From Candidatus Omnitrophota bacterium (GTDB taxonomy: Bacteria > Omnitrophota > Gorgyraeia > Zapsychrales > Zapsychraceae), in NCBI GenBank assembly GCA_035292445.1, contig DATDQB010000023.1:89533-153532 (forward strand): 64,000 nucleotides of DNA. Direction: 5' to 3'. A program made the translations under genes and the position numbers. Of the stretch, positions 47,745-57,926 are shown piece by piece (position 1 is the stretch's first letter; every line of letters begins with the position of its first letter). The notes under the pieces are model-generated. The model searched no databases. It was not told the DNA's origin and worked only from the letters and a program-made list of their open reading frames with translations.

Positions 47745-47768
47745 GCATCCCGCTTGGGATGCTTTTTT
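47745..47768 (+). terminator. Rho-independent terminator
   Basis: gcatccc gctt gggatgc followed by ttttttatt. Confidence 0.7.
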
Positions 47769-49377
47769 ATTGGGCGGCCCGTTTTAAAATCCGGATCCCA
47801 TAATTCGTGTTCCAGCCGGGCACGCGGTCCCAGCGGCCCAACTCCCACATCAATTTGAAGTTCTTTTCGAGGTATCGCGCCAATTGAGGAGAATTTGTTT
47901 TACCGAATGTGCCATGGCTTTCTTCGCTGGAGATGATGCGGTTGGAGGAGACAGCCCATCGGATCTTCTTGTTCTCCAGGTCTTGGACGGTTTGCGCATC
48001 CTGTTGGGGAGGGCTTTCCATGAAATCGAAGAACATAATTTGATGACTCGGACTGGTCCTGTCCAGTAAATAATAAAATAAAGGCTCAAAAGGAAAGGCG
48101 AAAAAGAGCTCATTTTCCTCCAACTCCCTATTCAGAATCCAGACAGTCTTTTGGACCGTATTGATCCATTCCGGTGAGTTGCCAAGAAGAACGCCTGCAC
48201 GTTCGACGCCGAGGAAATGCGAGGGATGGGCGCTTGATTCCATGATCTTAAAATTGTAATCCACTTTTTTTAATATTACCGCAAGCAACACAACAGCGAC
48301 AATGATGTTAAGAGTTTTGGGAAAGGTTTTCAGCGTTTGAGTCAGTAAGACAAAGAATGTTAAGACAAGAAACGGAAGCGCCCAAATTATTCGATAACGA
48401 TAATCCGCGTTGGCGGAAAGCATAAATTCATGCAGGTGGGTGAAAAAGAAAAGCGTAAGACAGATGAGCGTAATGTTAACGCACTTGCGTTCTTGAGGGT
48501 TGATTTTTTTTTGGCGTATCAGGAATGCCAAGAGAGACAGAAGAAATAAAATGAGAAAAACTCCGTTGCGTGGAGTGCGGGTAGCAAGAAGCCATAATAT
48601 TTTTAATGGTTTACTAATGCTTTGTGACAGCTCGATGGAGAATGGTCCGCCGGTTTTGGTGTGGGGGAAGCATTGTTTAATGACATAATCAGGCAAGCCG
48701 TTAATCAGGTAATAATAGATAAGGATTGTCAATAGTGGCAGAAGAATGAGAGAGACTCCATAAAAATTTTTTTTATTTTTAAAGGCGATGCCGTTATGTT
48801 TATTGATGATTAATACGCATAAAATGTAGCTGCCCCAGGCGCAAATGCTGAAATTTATTTTGACAAAGCTTAGCAGAAAAACGGTGAAAACGCCGATATA
48901 TAGGAAATAGGTCTTGGAGGTGTAAATATACTTTATTAAGGTAAAGGCAGCCAAAAATAATAAAAGAATACCGCCGGTATGAGAGTAGGTATGAGAAAAA
49001 TAGGGAAAAAAACCCCAAAAAGATATGGTTGAAAGAAATGACCAAAAGGGGTTGCTAAAGTGGCGTATGATGAAAAAGACGGTCAGGCCGCAAAAGAATT
49101 TTAATAAAGTTTCGGCAAAAAGGACCGAGAGAATGCTTACCCCAAGGCCTTTAAAGAAAAGAGCGTAATAGTAGGGCATAAGGGGCCCGTATTGCCAATG
49201 GTAATCGCGGTAAGGAATAGCGCCTTTGGCCGTCATCGAAAACGCATATAAATCGCGGCCGTGGTCGCCCTGGGCAAACATATCTTGATAAATCAGCGAA
49301 GGAAGAAGAAGTATTAACCCTGAGATTAGCGTTAAAATGAAAAAAATTCGTGATGATGACAAGGAAGAATATTTCAT
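47767..49377 (-). CDS. Large polytopic membrane protein, paralog 1 (glycosyltransferase-C/PMT-like topology; function unknown)
   Basis: 536 aa with at least 10 TM helices. Shares the N-terminal motif GDHG..LYAF....G..PYRDYH..YGP.MPYYY and the C-terminal W.....G.RILKR with the 51198..52814 protein. Confidence 0.55.
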   Translation of the reverse strand: MKYSSLSSSRIFFILTLISGLILLLPSLIYQDMFAQGDHGRDLYAFSMTAKGAIPYRDYHWQYGPLMPYYYALFFKGLGVSILSVLFAETLLKFFCGLTVFFIIRHFSNPFWSFLSTISFWGFFPYFSHTYSHTGGILLLFLAAFTLIKYIYTSKTYFLYIGVFTVFLLSFVKINFSICAWGSYILCVLIINKHNGIAFKNKKNFYGVSLILLPLLTILIYYYLINGLPDYVIKQCFPHTKTGGPFSIELSQSISKPLKILWLLATRTPRNGVFLILFLLSLLAFLIRQKKINPQERKCVNITLICLTLFFFTHLHEFMLSANADYRYRIIWALPFLVLTFFVLLTQTLKTFPKTLNIIVAVVLLAVILKKVDYNFKIMESSAHPSHFLGVERAGVLLGNSPEWINTVQKTVWILNRELEENELFFAFPFEPLFYYLLDRTSPSHQIMFFDFMESPPQQDAQTVQDLENKKIRWAVSSNRIISSEESHGTFGKTNSPQLARYLEKNFKLMWELGRWDRVPGWNTNYGIRILKRAAQ

Positions 49378-50306
49378 GATCGGTGAATGTTTGATTTACC
49401 AGGTCTTTTCGTTATTTCCAGGATGGTCTGAAAATAGCCCTTTTGGGGCATTAAGGAGGGGTCTTCTTTAATTAAGTTGTTGGTAGCTTTTTTCAGCACA
49501 TAATAGGGAACGCCGGGGATCTTATGATGGGTATAGTGTTCGCCAAAGCCATAGGCGCCCATGATAAAACGAGTTAGGGGAGTGCATTTAAAATTCCTTA
49601 ATGCCGCATAACCTTCATGAGCTTCCCTGGGGTCATATAACTGGTGCTCGGCAATGGCCCGCAAGTCGGCGATAAAGATCGTCAAGCTCATGACGCCATA
49701 GATATAAACGAAGAGATATGCTATAGAGGCGTTGAGAAAGGCGGGTATCCCCTCGCGTTGGCCGAATAGGTAAGAGCTCAGGATAAGAGATAAATAAAAG
49801 CCAAGCTGGATCAATAAGGTGCGCCGCTTCCAGCTTTTCTCGTGAGGATAAAGCTCATCGACAACAATCGAATCCAGTTGTTTAAAAAATTTTTTGAAAG
49901 CCTCTATCCCAAAAATACAGCGTAAGAAAAGAAAAAAAATGTGGCTGCCTTTGATATCAATAAGGTAAGTATCTTTAGTTTCACCTTCGACACCCAAATG
50001 TTTATGGTGCTCCCAGTGCCGCCGGCGATAGATATTAAAATTGGTAAATAAAAGGGGCGCAATGATATATTTCCCCAAGATTCTTGAACCCAGCTTTTCC
50101 TGAAAGACAAGGTAATGAGCGCATTCGTGCATCAGGTTGATGATGCCGTTCATGCCTAAGCCGAAAATCAGCCAAGCGGTGATCAGATGATAACCGGGGC
50201 CCCAAATGGCGCTGGCATAGACGGGCCCGAAGACGACCAAGAAATGGCCTGCCACGATAAGAAGGGAAATAAGATCGGGGCGTTTTTTAAGATATGCTTG
50301 TTCCAT
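49374..50306 (-). CDS. Membrane fatty-acid desaturase family protein
   Basis: Histidine boxes HECAH, HWEHHKH and HYTHH. Confidence 0.75.
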   Translation of the reverse strand: MEQAYLKKRPDLISLLIVAGHFLVVFGPVYASAIWGPGYHLITAWLIFGLGMNGIINLMHECAHYLVFQEKLGSRILGKYIIAPLLFTNFNIYRRRHWEHHKHLGVEGETKDTYLIDIKGSHIFFLFLRCIFGIEAFKKFFKQLDSIVVDELYPHEKSWKRRTLLIQLGFYLSLILSSYLFGQREGIPAFLNASIAYLFVYIYGVMSLTIFIADLRAIAEHQLYDPREAHEGYAALRNFKCTPLTRFIMGAYGFGEHYTHHKIPGVPYYVLKKATNNLIKEDPSLMPQKGYFQTILEITKRPGKSNIHRS

Positions 50307-50307
50307 G

Positions 50308-51201
50308 CTATTTTTGTGCCTGAAAGTTTATAATTCCAGGCTGTCCTGACAGAAGGTCAATAGGATAAAGCAGGGCTGCCAGCAGGGCAACAAAAAGCCA
50401 GAGGAAACCCTGACGGGCGATGCGCCCGGGGCGGTTCCCCTGAGGCAACGAAGCCAAGCTTACCGCAATCCCGCCGGGATTAAAGCCGCCATAGACACGG
50501 GAGTTGATCAATTCAGACCTTTTCAATATTTTTTCCATGCCTTTTTGGGAGAATATTACCGTATGGCGCGGCGCGTGAAACCCACTCCACTTTGTTTGAA
50601 AGATCTTATATTCTAGCGAATCCGTGGCCGGTGTTTGGCCGATAAAGAATCCGCCAGGGCTCAATTTTTCATAGAGGGCCTTAATGACCGTATAGGGATC
50701 CGGCAGATGCTCGATGACATGGTGCATGGTAATCAGATCAACCTCTGGCAGCTCTTTAATAAGGTTTTCCAGGCGGCCTTTAATTATAACAGCACGTTTA
50801 TCAACAAGATGAATAATTTCCTTTTCAGCTTGGACTTCATAGCCGATAAAGGTAGCCTTCGGATTTTGCCGTGCGGCAAATTGAAGGAAAGAGCCGCCGC
50901 CGCAACCGTAGTCGAGCATGGTGAAGGTATCTTTTTTAAGAAGCGAAACGATCGATTTAAGTCGTTGTGAATGTTTTAAATAGGTAAAAATATTGTTGGC
51001 ATCAAAGCTGTGATAATCATGCGGGTAATAAGAGGCAAGGGTCGCTTCATCCGGCATCGGATGCTGGTAGAACGAATGGCATTCGGCGCATTGGTTGTAG
51101 GTTGCCCGGATATCGAGGGCATATTCATGGTCAACAACGGAAACGGATCGCAGCACAGATAAAGACAAACACGCCGGGCAGGCGGTTTTTGAAACGTTCA
51201 T
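50308..51201 (-). CDS. Class I SAM-dependent methyltransferase with N-terminal zinc ribbon
   Basis: CPACLS....CAEC zinc ribbon. Motif I LDYGCGGGSF. The start is placed at MNVSK (51201) to avoid a 72-nt overlap with the neighbouring gene. Confidence 0.7.
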   Translation of the reverse strand: MNVSKTACPACLSLSVLRSVSVVDHEYALDIRATYNQCAECHSFYQHPMPDEATLASYYPHDYHSFDANNIFTYLKHSQRLKSIVSLLKKDTFTMLDYGCGGGSFLQFAARQNPKATFIGYEVQAEKEIIHLVDKRAVIIKGRLENLIKELPEVDLITMHHVIEHLPDPYTVIKALYEKLSPGGFFIGQTPATDSLEYKIFQTKWSGFHAPRHTVIFSQKGMEKILKRSELINSRVYGGFNPGGIAVSLASLPQGNRPGRIARQGFLWLFVALLAALLYPIDLLSGQPGIINFQAQK

Positions 51202-52814
51202 TGAGAGGAGTCCTTGCGTTTTAAAATGCGTGTTCCGTGATGCCACGCCCAACTGGGCCGAGGCGTCCATTCCCCGAACTGCGTTACCATCTCAAAATGC
51301 TCTTCGATGTATTGGGCCAATAGGGGGCAATAATCGGTACCGAAAATACCCAGGCCGATTTCATCGGTAATGGCACGGTTCGAGACGACGATCCAATTGA
51401 CGTGATGCTGTTCGAGAGAGTCTATGATATCCATTTCCTGATCTTTAGTGATATTAAGAAAACCGAATAACGCCAATTGACGGTTCGGGCTTTTGCGGTC
51501 AACGAGATAATAATATAGCGGCTCATAAGGAAGCGCAAAAAAAAGTTCATCTTCTTTCAGGTGCTCTTGAAGGAAAAGGGTCGTTTTAATGACGGTCTGG
51601 GGCCAGGGGGTCATATTGTTGACAAAGATTTTTGCTTTTTCGAACGGGATGTAAAACCACGGCTGGCGGTTGGCGTGCATCCTGATCTGGAGCGTGTAGA
51701 ATTGGAACAAGCAGGCAAGAAGGACAACGCCTGTTAATGTGTGTTGAACAAAGGTGGGGATGTGCCGGGCAAAAAGCCCGATGGCCAGAAACATAAAGAC
51801 GATAATTAAAGGAAAGGAATGAAAGCTGCGGAAATAGATCCCGCTTATGAGGAATTCATGAAGATTGACGGCGTAAAAGACCATCGTGACCGCCAGAATT
51901 AAAAGGAAGGGTCTTACGCCGAATTCCTTCAAACGCCCTTTCTTGATTTGGTAAATATTAGCGATACCGGTAATGACGACGATGGTGCATACCAGTTCGC
52001 TGTACCAGCTTTTCACAATACTTTTATAGGCAATATCAATAAGATAAATGACGGCAGTAACGAGGTTTGGATAGTACGCCTTGACGGCATCGTCACCAAA
52101 ATATTGGTAACATTGCCGGATAATATAAAAGGGAAGGCCGTAGACAAAAACGGCGTTTGAAAGAATAATGAAAAGCGGCGTTAAAACAAGCATCCAGATA
52201 TAAAAAATGAGGGGAAGGGGTTTCCTCTGGCAGAGGCTGATAAGAAGAACGCACAGGAAGATTCCCAGTAAAAGCGAGAAACCGAAATTGAGTTTGATCA
52301 ATCCGGCGAGAAGACAGCTAAGAAGGCCAAGGTAGAGGGCTCTTACTTTGCCGAAACGCAGGTAATGAAAGACGCAATAGAGGGCCAGCAAAGAGGCTGT
52401 AATGATCCCATCGTGATTATAAGTGTAAAAGTAAGGCTTACCGAAGACCCAAAACCAGGCGCTGCCGGTGAAAGAGAGAAAAGGGTTTAAGAAAAGGCTT
52501 AAGCAGGCGAAGACCAGCAAGCCGCTTAAGAGGGTAAGGAAATTTTGGCCGATGAGGACGCTGATGATGTTATTTCCGAAGATCTTAAGGAACGCCCCGT
52601 AATAATAGGGCATGGCGGGCCCGTAGAAATAGTGATAATCGTGAAAGGGGCGTTCGCCGCGTAAGGTGGCCTCCGCCGCATACAAAACAAGCCCGTGATC
52701 GCCGGTTGAGAGGGTGTGTTGATAATCGATAAAAGAGGATAAAAGAATGGCCCCGGTCACCAGGGCGATAAACAGGAAGGCTCCCCGTGATGTAATGGCG
52801 TTTTTTGTCATCAT
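51198..52814 (-). CDS. Large polytopic membrane protein, paralog 2
   Basis: 538 aa. Paralogous to the 47767..49377 protein. Confidence 0.55.
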   Translation of the reverse strand: MMTKNAITSRGAFLFIALVTGAILLSSFIDYQHTLSTGDHGLVLYAAEATLRGERPFHDYHYFYGPAMPYYYGAFLKIFGNNIISVLIGQNFLTLLSGLLVFACLSLFLNPFLSFTGSAWFWVFGKPYFYTYNHDGIITASLLALYCVFHYLRFGKVRALYLGLLSCLLAGLIKLNFGFSLLLGIFLCVLLISLCQRKPLPLIFYIWMLVLTPLFIILSNAVFVYGLPFYIIRQCYQYFGDDAVKAYYPNLVTAVIYLIDIAYKSIVKSWYSELVCTIVVITGIANIYQIKKGRLKEFGVRPFLLILAVTMVFYAVNLHEFLISGIYFRSFHSFPLIIVFMFLAIGLFARHIPTFVQHTLTGVVLLACLFQFYTLQIRMHANRQPWFYIPFEKAKIFVNNMTPWPQTVIKTTLFLQEHLKEDELFFALPYEPLYYYLVDRKSPNRQLALFGFLNITKDQEMDIIDSLEQHHVNWIVVSNRAITDEIGLGIFGTDYCPLLAQYIEEHFEMVTQFGEWTPRPSWAWHHGTRILKRKDSSQ

Positions 52815-52928
52815 TTTCCTCGGTTGAGTACCATTGTATCAAAAGGGCCATGTGAATAAAGGCAAATCATTGATTTTGCACCGTCCAAAGAGCCAGCCGC
52901 CATCAATCGTTGCTCCCGTTGTTATTGC

Positions 52929-55379
52929 TTGTGTTGCCCAGGGCGGTGTGATAAGATTTTTTCCTTAACAGAGCAGTTTCTTATGTCATTCAAAAATCCC
53001 TCAGAAAAATCCTTTCCTTTTCAACCGTTCGCTTTTTTCCTTCTATTCAGCGTTATTTTTCATCTTGACAAGATTATTATGGGGCCGTTTGGCCTGGCCC
53101 ATGTACAGGATTCCTTTGATATGTTATATACGCGTTTTATGGCCGTGGCGCGGCTTATTAAAGAACACGGGCTTATAACATGGTTTCCGAATTTATTTGC
53201 CGGAATGCCGGTTAGCGCCGATCACACAACGCCCTTTTATATTTTCACCTTGTTAAATACGCTGCTGCCGATGTGGCTCATTCACCATGGGGTAAGAATT
53301 GCTTTTTCCGTCCTATCAGGATGGGGCATGTATTTGCTTTTGAAGAGGTATTTTAACGTATCGCGTGAGATCGCTTTTTGTTTGGGTATTATTTTTTGTT
53401 TGATAGGTCAGTACGGCACTGTGGTTAAGGGGTTTAATTTCTTATTTCCGATATTTTGGGTGTGCTTGTTGAACTGTCTGGCCAAAGAAAGCACTCGTTC
53501 GGCCAGGGTCCTTTCTGCCGTTTTGCTTCTTTTGCTCTTTTGGACCTCTTTCCCCGTGCTGACGTTACCCTATTTTTCCGTGGTCAGCTGCATGATGCTT
53601 TTTTTCCATCCGGATTATAAAAAATATAACCTCAGCTATTTGAAAATCATTGTTATCTGGGGCTGTTATTTTTTAATGGCGCTTCCGCTTATTTATGAGC
53701 TATTGGACTTTGTTCAGTATAAGCAAAGGGAATATCAATTTACCGCCAGCTATATAGAATTTTTTATAGAACGTATTCAGATAGTCTATGCCTATTTTTT
53801 CGACTTAAAATTTAGCAGTCTCGTTATTTTATTCTTAGGTTTTTTTCGGGTGGACCGCCACTTAAGAAGATTTTCGGGCCTGGTCCTGTTCCCATTATTA
53901 TTTTTAGTTCCATTTATCCCGCCGTACCCTCCTTTTTTTAAAAATACCTTTTTACCACAGTTGGATTTGTTTCATTTTAAAGAGATTTCGGCGCTCATGG
54001 CCTTTATTCTTGCAGGCCTTTTATTGCAGAAAGCCAGGTTTGAGGGAAAAGGGATAATGGCCTATTGGAAAACGTTCCCATTGGCTCTTTTGTGGTTGGC
54101 TTTACATATTAAAGCCGGACCTTTAACGGATCCGGAGCTTATCGTAGAGATTTTTGTTTTTCTGGGGGTGGTTTTATGGCTTTTTCTTATTCAGATAAAT
54201 AAGGCCACAAGAAAAATGCTTGTTTGCTCCGGGTTAGCGGGACTTCTTATTTTGGGAATTTTTTATAAATTAAAAACCCTTAACTGGGAGCACCAGCCGT
54301 ATCTGCGTTTGTATTACGAAAGTAAAACCCTTGATAAGCTTAGACAGGAACTCAAAGAATCTCCGTTTCGGGTGGCCTCGTTTGATTCGCTTGCCAATGT
54401 CGTAAGCGCGCAAGGCCTGGAATCCGTGAGCGGAAGGTCCCTTTTACAGCCGCAGGCCTATAAGGACCTATTTGAATGGCTGATTTCCCCACAGCTTGAC
54501 ACTTCAGAGAAGACGCAGCAATACAGGGAATATTGGTATCAGATTTATTTAAGAGATTATCGGTTTATTCCCAAAAGCGATGAGCGGATCTCTATCCCCA
54601 AGCAATTGAATTGGAATGCCTTACTTCTGCTTAATACAAAATACCTTGTAGCTCCTTATTACGATGAGTCGATGGCAGCGTATTCCAAGAACGTAGAGAC
54701 TATTCGCCAAGCGCATTGTGAAGATAATTACAAAAAAGGGTTAACAGGGTGGTTGCTGGATCGAAAATTGGAACAAAAAAAGATCAAGGCCATAACGGAT
54801 AAGTTGAAAATGAGCAGCTATGGCTACACGTATGACAGCATTTATGACCTTCTTTTTTGTCCCGAATATACCCTTTATGAGCTCAACGATTATTTTGAAC
54901 GTGCCTACCTTGTCGACAATGTTAAGGTTCTGGCGACGTCCGAAGATATGCTTGCCGCCCTTAAAGAAGCGACTGTAGACGAATTAAGGTCAACGGTTTA
55001 CTTTTCCGAAGACGCGAATATCATTCACCGAAAGGATGAGCCTGCCACTTCAACCAAGTTTACTGGAAATGTGAGATTCAGGAAATACTCGCCTGATGAG
55101 ATTATTCTTGAAGGTCATACTTCCGAACCGACATACTTGATTGTTTCCAACAGTTATTATCACAAGTGGGTCGCGACTTTAAATGGAAAAGTTACTCCGA
55201 TTTACCGGGCCAATCACGCGTTCCAGGGGATATGGATCAATCAAGCGGGCGAGTTTGCCTTGCGTTTGGAATATGTGAATCCGGCCTTTTACTGGCTTAA
55301 TCTATTTGGGGTTGTGGGAACGATAATTTTAGTGGTATCATTGTGCCGGCAGCCCAATATTCCTCTTCCCATAAGCTAA
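52929..55379 (+). CDS. YfhO-like large membrane protein (N-terminal polytopic domain + C-terminal extracytoplasmic domain)
   Basis: 816 aa. About 14 TM helices, then a 330-aa soluble domain and a final TM helix. The start may be 52983. Confidence 0.5.
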   Translation: MCCPGRCDKIFSLTEQFLMSFKNPSEKSFPFQPFAFFLLFSVIFHLDKIIMGPFGLAHVQDSFDMLYTRFMAVARLIKEHGLITWFPNLFAGMPVSADHTTPFYIFTLLNTLLPMWLIHHGVRIAFSVLSGWGMYLLLKRYFNVSREIAFCLGIIFCLIGQYGTVVKGFNFLFPIFWVCLLNCLAKESTRSARVLSAVLLLLLFWTSFPVLTLPYFSVVSCMMLFFHPDYKKYNLSYLKIIVIWGCYFLMALPLIYELLDFVQYKQREYQFTASYIEFFIERIQIVYAYFFDLKFSSLVILFLGFFRVDRHLRRFSGLVLFPLLFLVPFIPPYPPFFKNTFLPQLDLFHFKEISALMAFILAGLLLQKARFEGKGIMAYWKTFPLALLWLALHIKAGPLTDPELIVEIFVFLGVVLWLFLIQINKATRKMLVCSGLAGLLILGIFYKLKTLNWEHQPYLRLYYESKTLDKLRQELKESPFRVASFDSLANVVSAQGLESVSGRSLLQPQAYKDLFEWLISPQLDTSEKTQQYREYWYQIYLRDYRFIPKSDERISIPKQLNWNALLLLNTKYLVAPYYDESMAAYSKNVETIRQAHCEDNYKKGLTGWLLDRKLEQKKIKAITDKLKMSSYGYTYDSIYDLLFCPEYTLYELNDYFERAYLVDNVKVLATSEDMLAALKEATVDELRSTVYFSEDANIIHRKDEPATSTKFTGNVRFRKYSPDEIILEGHTSEPTYLIVSNSYYHKWVATLNGKVTPIYRANHAFQGIWINQAGEFALRLEYVNPAFYWLNLFGVVGTIILVVSLCRQPNIPLPIS

Positions 55380-55441
55380 AAGACGGGCAAATTATTTTTA
55401 ACCGCAACGATTAAGAACAAAAGGATAAAAAGGGGTTATTC

Positions 55442-55762
55442 ATGATTACCATCGATGATTTTAAAAAGCTCGATCTGATTATTGCCCAAATTAAGGAAGT
55501 CCAAGACCATCCTAACGCCGACAAACTATATGTGGTGAAGATCGATACTGGCAGCGAGATCAAGCAGTTGGTGGCCGGGATCAAAAAATCTTACTCCAAG
55601 GAAGAACTGATCGGTAAACGCGTTGTCGTCGTCAATAACCTTGAGCCGGCGACCATCCGTGGGGAGGTTTCCAACGGAATGCTTTTGGCGGCCACCGATG
55701 AAAAGGGAGTTGTCATCTTAATAACCGAAAAAGAAGTCGCTTTAGGAAGCAAGGTGAAATAA
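55442..55762 (+). CDS. tRNA-binding protein (CsaA/EMAP/MetRS C-terminal domain-like)
   Basis: KLDLIIAQIKEVQDHPNADKLYVVKIDTG...GMLLAA OB-fold signature. Confidence 0.8.
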   Translation: MITIDDFKKLDLIIAQIKEVQDHPNADKLYVVKIDTGSEIKQLVAGIKKSYSKEELIGKRVVVVNNLEPATIRGEVSNGMLLAATDEKGVVILITEKEVALGSKVK

Positions 55763-55763
55763 C

Positions 55764-56507
55764 GTGAGCGTCGTATCAATCATCATCCCCGCCAAGAACG
55801 AAGCCAAGAATATCGGCTCCACCGTCAACGGCATTCGCGAGGCTTTTAAGAAAGAAAACATTGCCTACGATATCATTGTCATCAATGACGGCAGTACGGA
55901 CGGGACCGGGAAAGTCATTAAGTATATGGCGGATGAGGACCCCAACGTGCGCATTATCCGTAACCGGGAGCCTTTCGGTTTTGGCAACGCTATAAGAAAG
56001 GGCCTGGAGGAATATCGCGGCGATATCGTGATCATCGCCATGGCGGATGCCTCCGACAACCCGGCCGACATGATCCGTTATGCCCGGGAGGTTTGGGTAG
56101 GAGCAGATTGCTGTTTCGGTACTCGCTGGTGCAAAGAGGCCAAGGTGGAAGGGTATCCCGTTTTAAAATATTTTTTGAATCGCATCGTCAACGGTTTTAT
56201 CAACCTTTTATTCGGGCTTCATTATAACGATACGACCAATGCGTTTAAATGTTATTCCCGTCAGACGATCGAGGGAATTAAGCCGATCGTCGCCCGGCAT
56301 TTTAATATCACGGTTGAAATGCCGCTTAAGGCCGTTGTGCGCGGGTACAGTTACAAAGTGATTCCCACCAGCTGGCAGGAACGTAAAAAAGGCATTTCCA
56401 AATTGAAAATACAGGAGATGGGCAGCCGTTATCTTTTTATCATTCTTTATGTTTTTCTTGAACGGCTGTTGTGTGGCAGTGATTACAAAAAGGGTGAGAA
56501 AAAATGA
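55764..56507 (+). CDS. Family 2 glycosyltransferase (polyprenyl-phosphate sugar transferase-like), GTG start
   Basis: VSIIIPAKNEAKNI, INDGSTDGT, DAD motif. Confidence 0.8.
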   Translation: MSVVSIIIPAKNEAKNIGSTVNGIREAFKKENIAYDIIVINDGSTDGTGKVIKYMADEDPNVRIIRNREPFGFGNAIRKGLEEYRGDIVIIAMADASDNPADMIRYAREVWVGADCCFGTRWCKEAKVEGYPVLKYFLNRIVNGFINLLFGLHYNDTTNAFKCYSRQTIEGIKPIVARHFNITVEMPLKAVVRGYSYKVIPTSWQERKKGISKLKIQEMGSRYLFIILYVFLERLLCGSDYKKGEKK

Positions 56508-57919
56508 TCAGGAAAGTATACGATCTTCCTTGCTCCAGCGCTGGGCTTCTCACGCTTTTTTACAGTGAGCCCCATGTGTTTTTACTGGACAGCAGCATGT
56601 TCGAGAAAGAGCGCGGCCGTTATTCGATGCTCGGGTTTGATCCGTTCTATGTTTATCAACATAAAGGTAAAGGCAGCCTTGATAAACTCAAGGAGAAATT
56701 TTATCAATATGGCACGCCCCAACAAAAAAGCGACGTCCCCTTCAGTTGCGGCATGGTGGGATTCTTGGGCTATGATTACGGGCTTTATCAGGAAAATATT
56801 CCCCTTAAGGCCACCGACGACCTTCAGCTACCCGATTGTTTTTTCGGTTTTTATGACTGTGTTCTGGTCATCGACCATTTGAAAAATCAATTGATGGTGG
56901 CCGCAACCGGTTATCCCGAAAAGAATTCTTATTATCAGGAAGCCAAGATCAAGGACCGGCTGGATTTCATTGAGAAACGATTGTCCGTTCTTGGGGAAAG
57001 GACTTATGGTTCCGAGGATTGTTTTGGTGGGGCGCCTGCGGATCATGAGTTAAAGAGCAATTTTACCAGAGACCAATATATCCAGGCCGTTACGAAAGCG
57101 CTGCGCTATATCGAGGCAGGTGATATTTATCAGGTCAATCTTTCGCAACGGTTTTCTTTCGAAGCGCCTTTTAAGCTTGATCCCGTGAATGTTTATCAGG
57201 CGTTGCGGCGGCTTTCGCCGTCTTCTTTCGGCGGGTATTTTCAGGCCGGGAAATTTCAGATCATCAGCAGCTCTCCCGAGCGGTTTTTGTGTTTGCGCGA
57301 CGACCAGGTGCATACCCGCCCCATGAAAGGCACCCGGCCCCGGGGGAATACAAAACAGGAAGACGAAAAGTTTAGACGCGAGATCATGGAAAGCCCTAAA
57401 GACAAAGCGGAGTTATTGATGATAACCGATCTGGAGCGTAACGATCTGGGGCGCGTGTGCGAATACGGCTCGATCCGCGTCAAGGACATGAGGTCCATCG
57501 AGGCCTATAAAACTGTTTATCAGGCCACCTCGACCGTTGAGGGAAAGTTAAAGAAAGATAAAGATGGATTTGATCTTTTACAGGCTTGTTTTCCCGGCGG
57601 TTCGGTTACGGGTTGCCCGAAGATCAGGGCCATGGAAATTATCGAAGAACTGGAGCCGACGCGACGCGGGATTTATACAGGGTCTTTGGGATATATGGAC
57701 TTTAACGGCAATATGGATTTCAATATTTTAATCAGAACGCTTCTGACAAAAGGCCATAAAGCCCACTTTCAGGTCGGCGGCGGCATTGTGGCCGATTCGA
57801 CCGCCATCGGAGAATACGAAGAAACGTTGATCAAAGCCAAAGCGATGAAAGCGGCCCTCTTTCATGGCCCCTTGCGGCCTTCTCTGAAAGAGCCTTCACT
57901 ATATTCGCCAGCCTTATAA
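56504..57919 (+). CDS. pabB: Aminodeoxychorismate synthase component I (chorismate-binding enzyme; PabB-like)
   Basis: Chorismate-binding core (SPERFL, PMKGTRPRG, GSLGYMDF..G..DFNILIRT). Followed by a class IV aminotransferase gene. Confidence 0.7.
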   Translation: MIRKVYDLPCSSAGLLTLFYSEPHVFLLDSSMFEKERGRYSMLGFDPFYVYQHKGKGSLDKLKEKFYQYGTPQQKSDVPFSCGMVGFLGYDYGLYQENIPLKATDDLQLPDCFFGFYDCVLVIDHLKNQLMVAATGYPEKNSYYQEAKIKDRLDFIEKRLSVLGERTYGSEDCFGGAPADHELKSNFTRDQYIQAVTKALRYIEAGDIYQVNLSQRFSFEAPFKLDPVNVYQALRRLSPSSFGGYFQAGKFQIISSSPERFLCLRDDQVHTRPMKGTRPRGNTKQEDEKFRREIMESPKDKAELLMITDLERNDLGRVCEYGSIRVKDMRSIEAYKTVYQATSTVEGKLKKDKDGFDLLQACFPGGSVTGCPKIRAMEIIEELEPTRRGIYTGSLGYMDFNGNMDFNILIRTLLTKGHKAHFQVGGGIVADSTAIGEYEETLIKAKAMKAALFHGPLRPSLKEPSLYSPAL

Positions 57920-57926
57920 ACAAACG

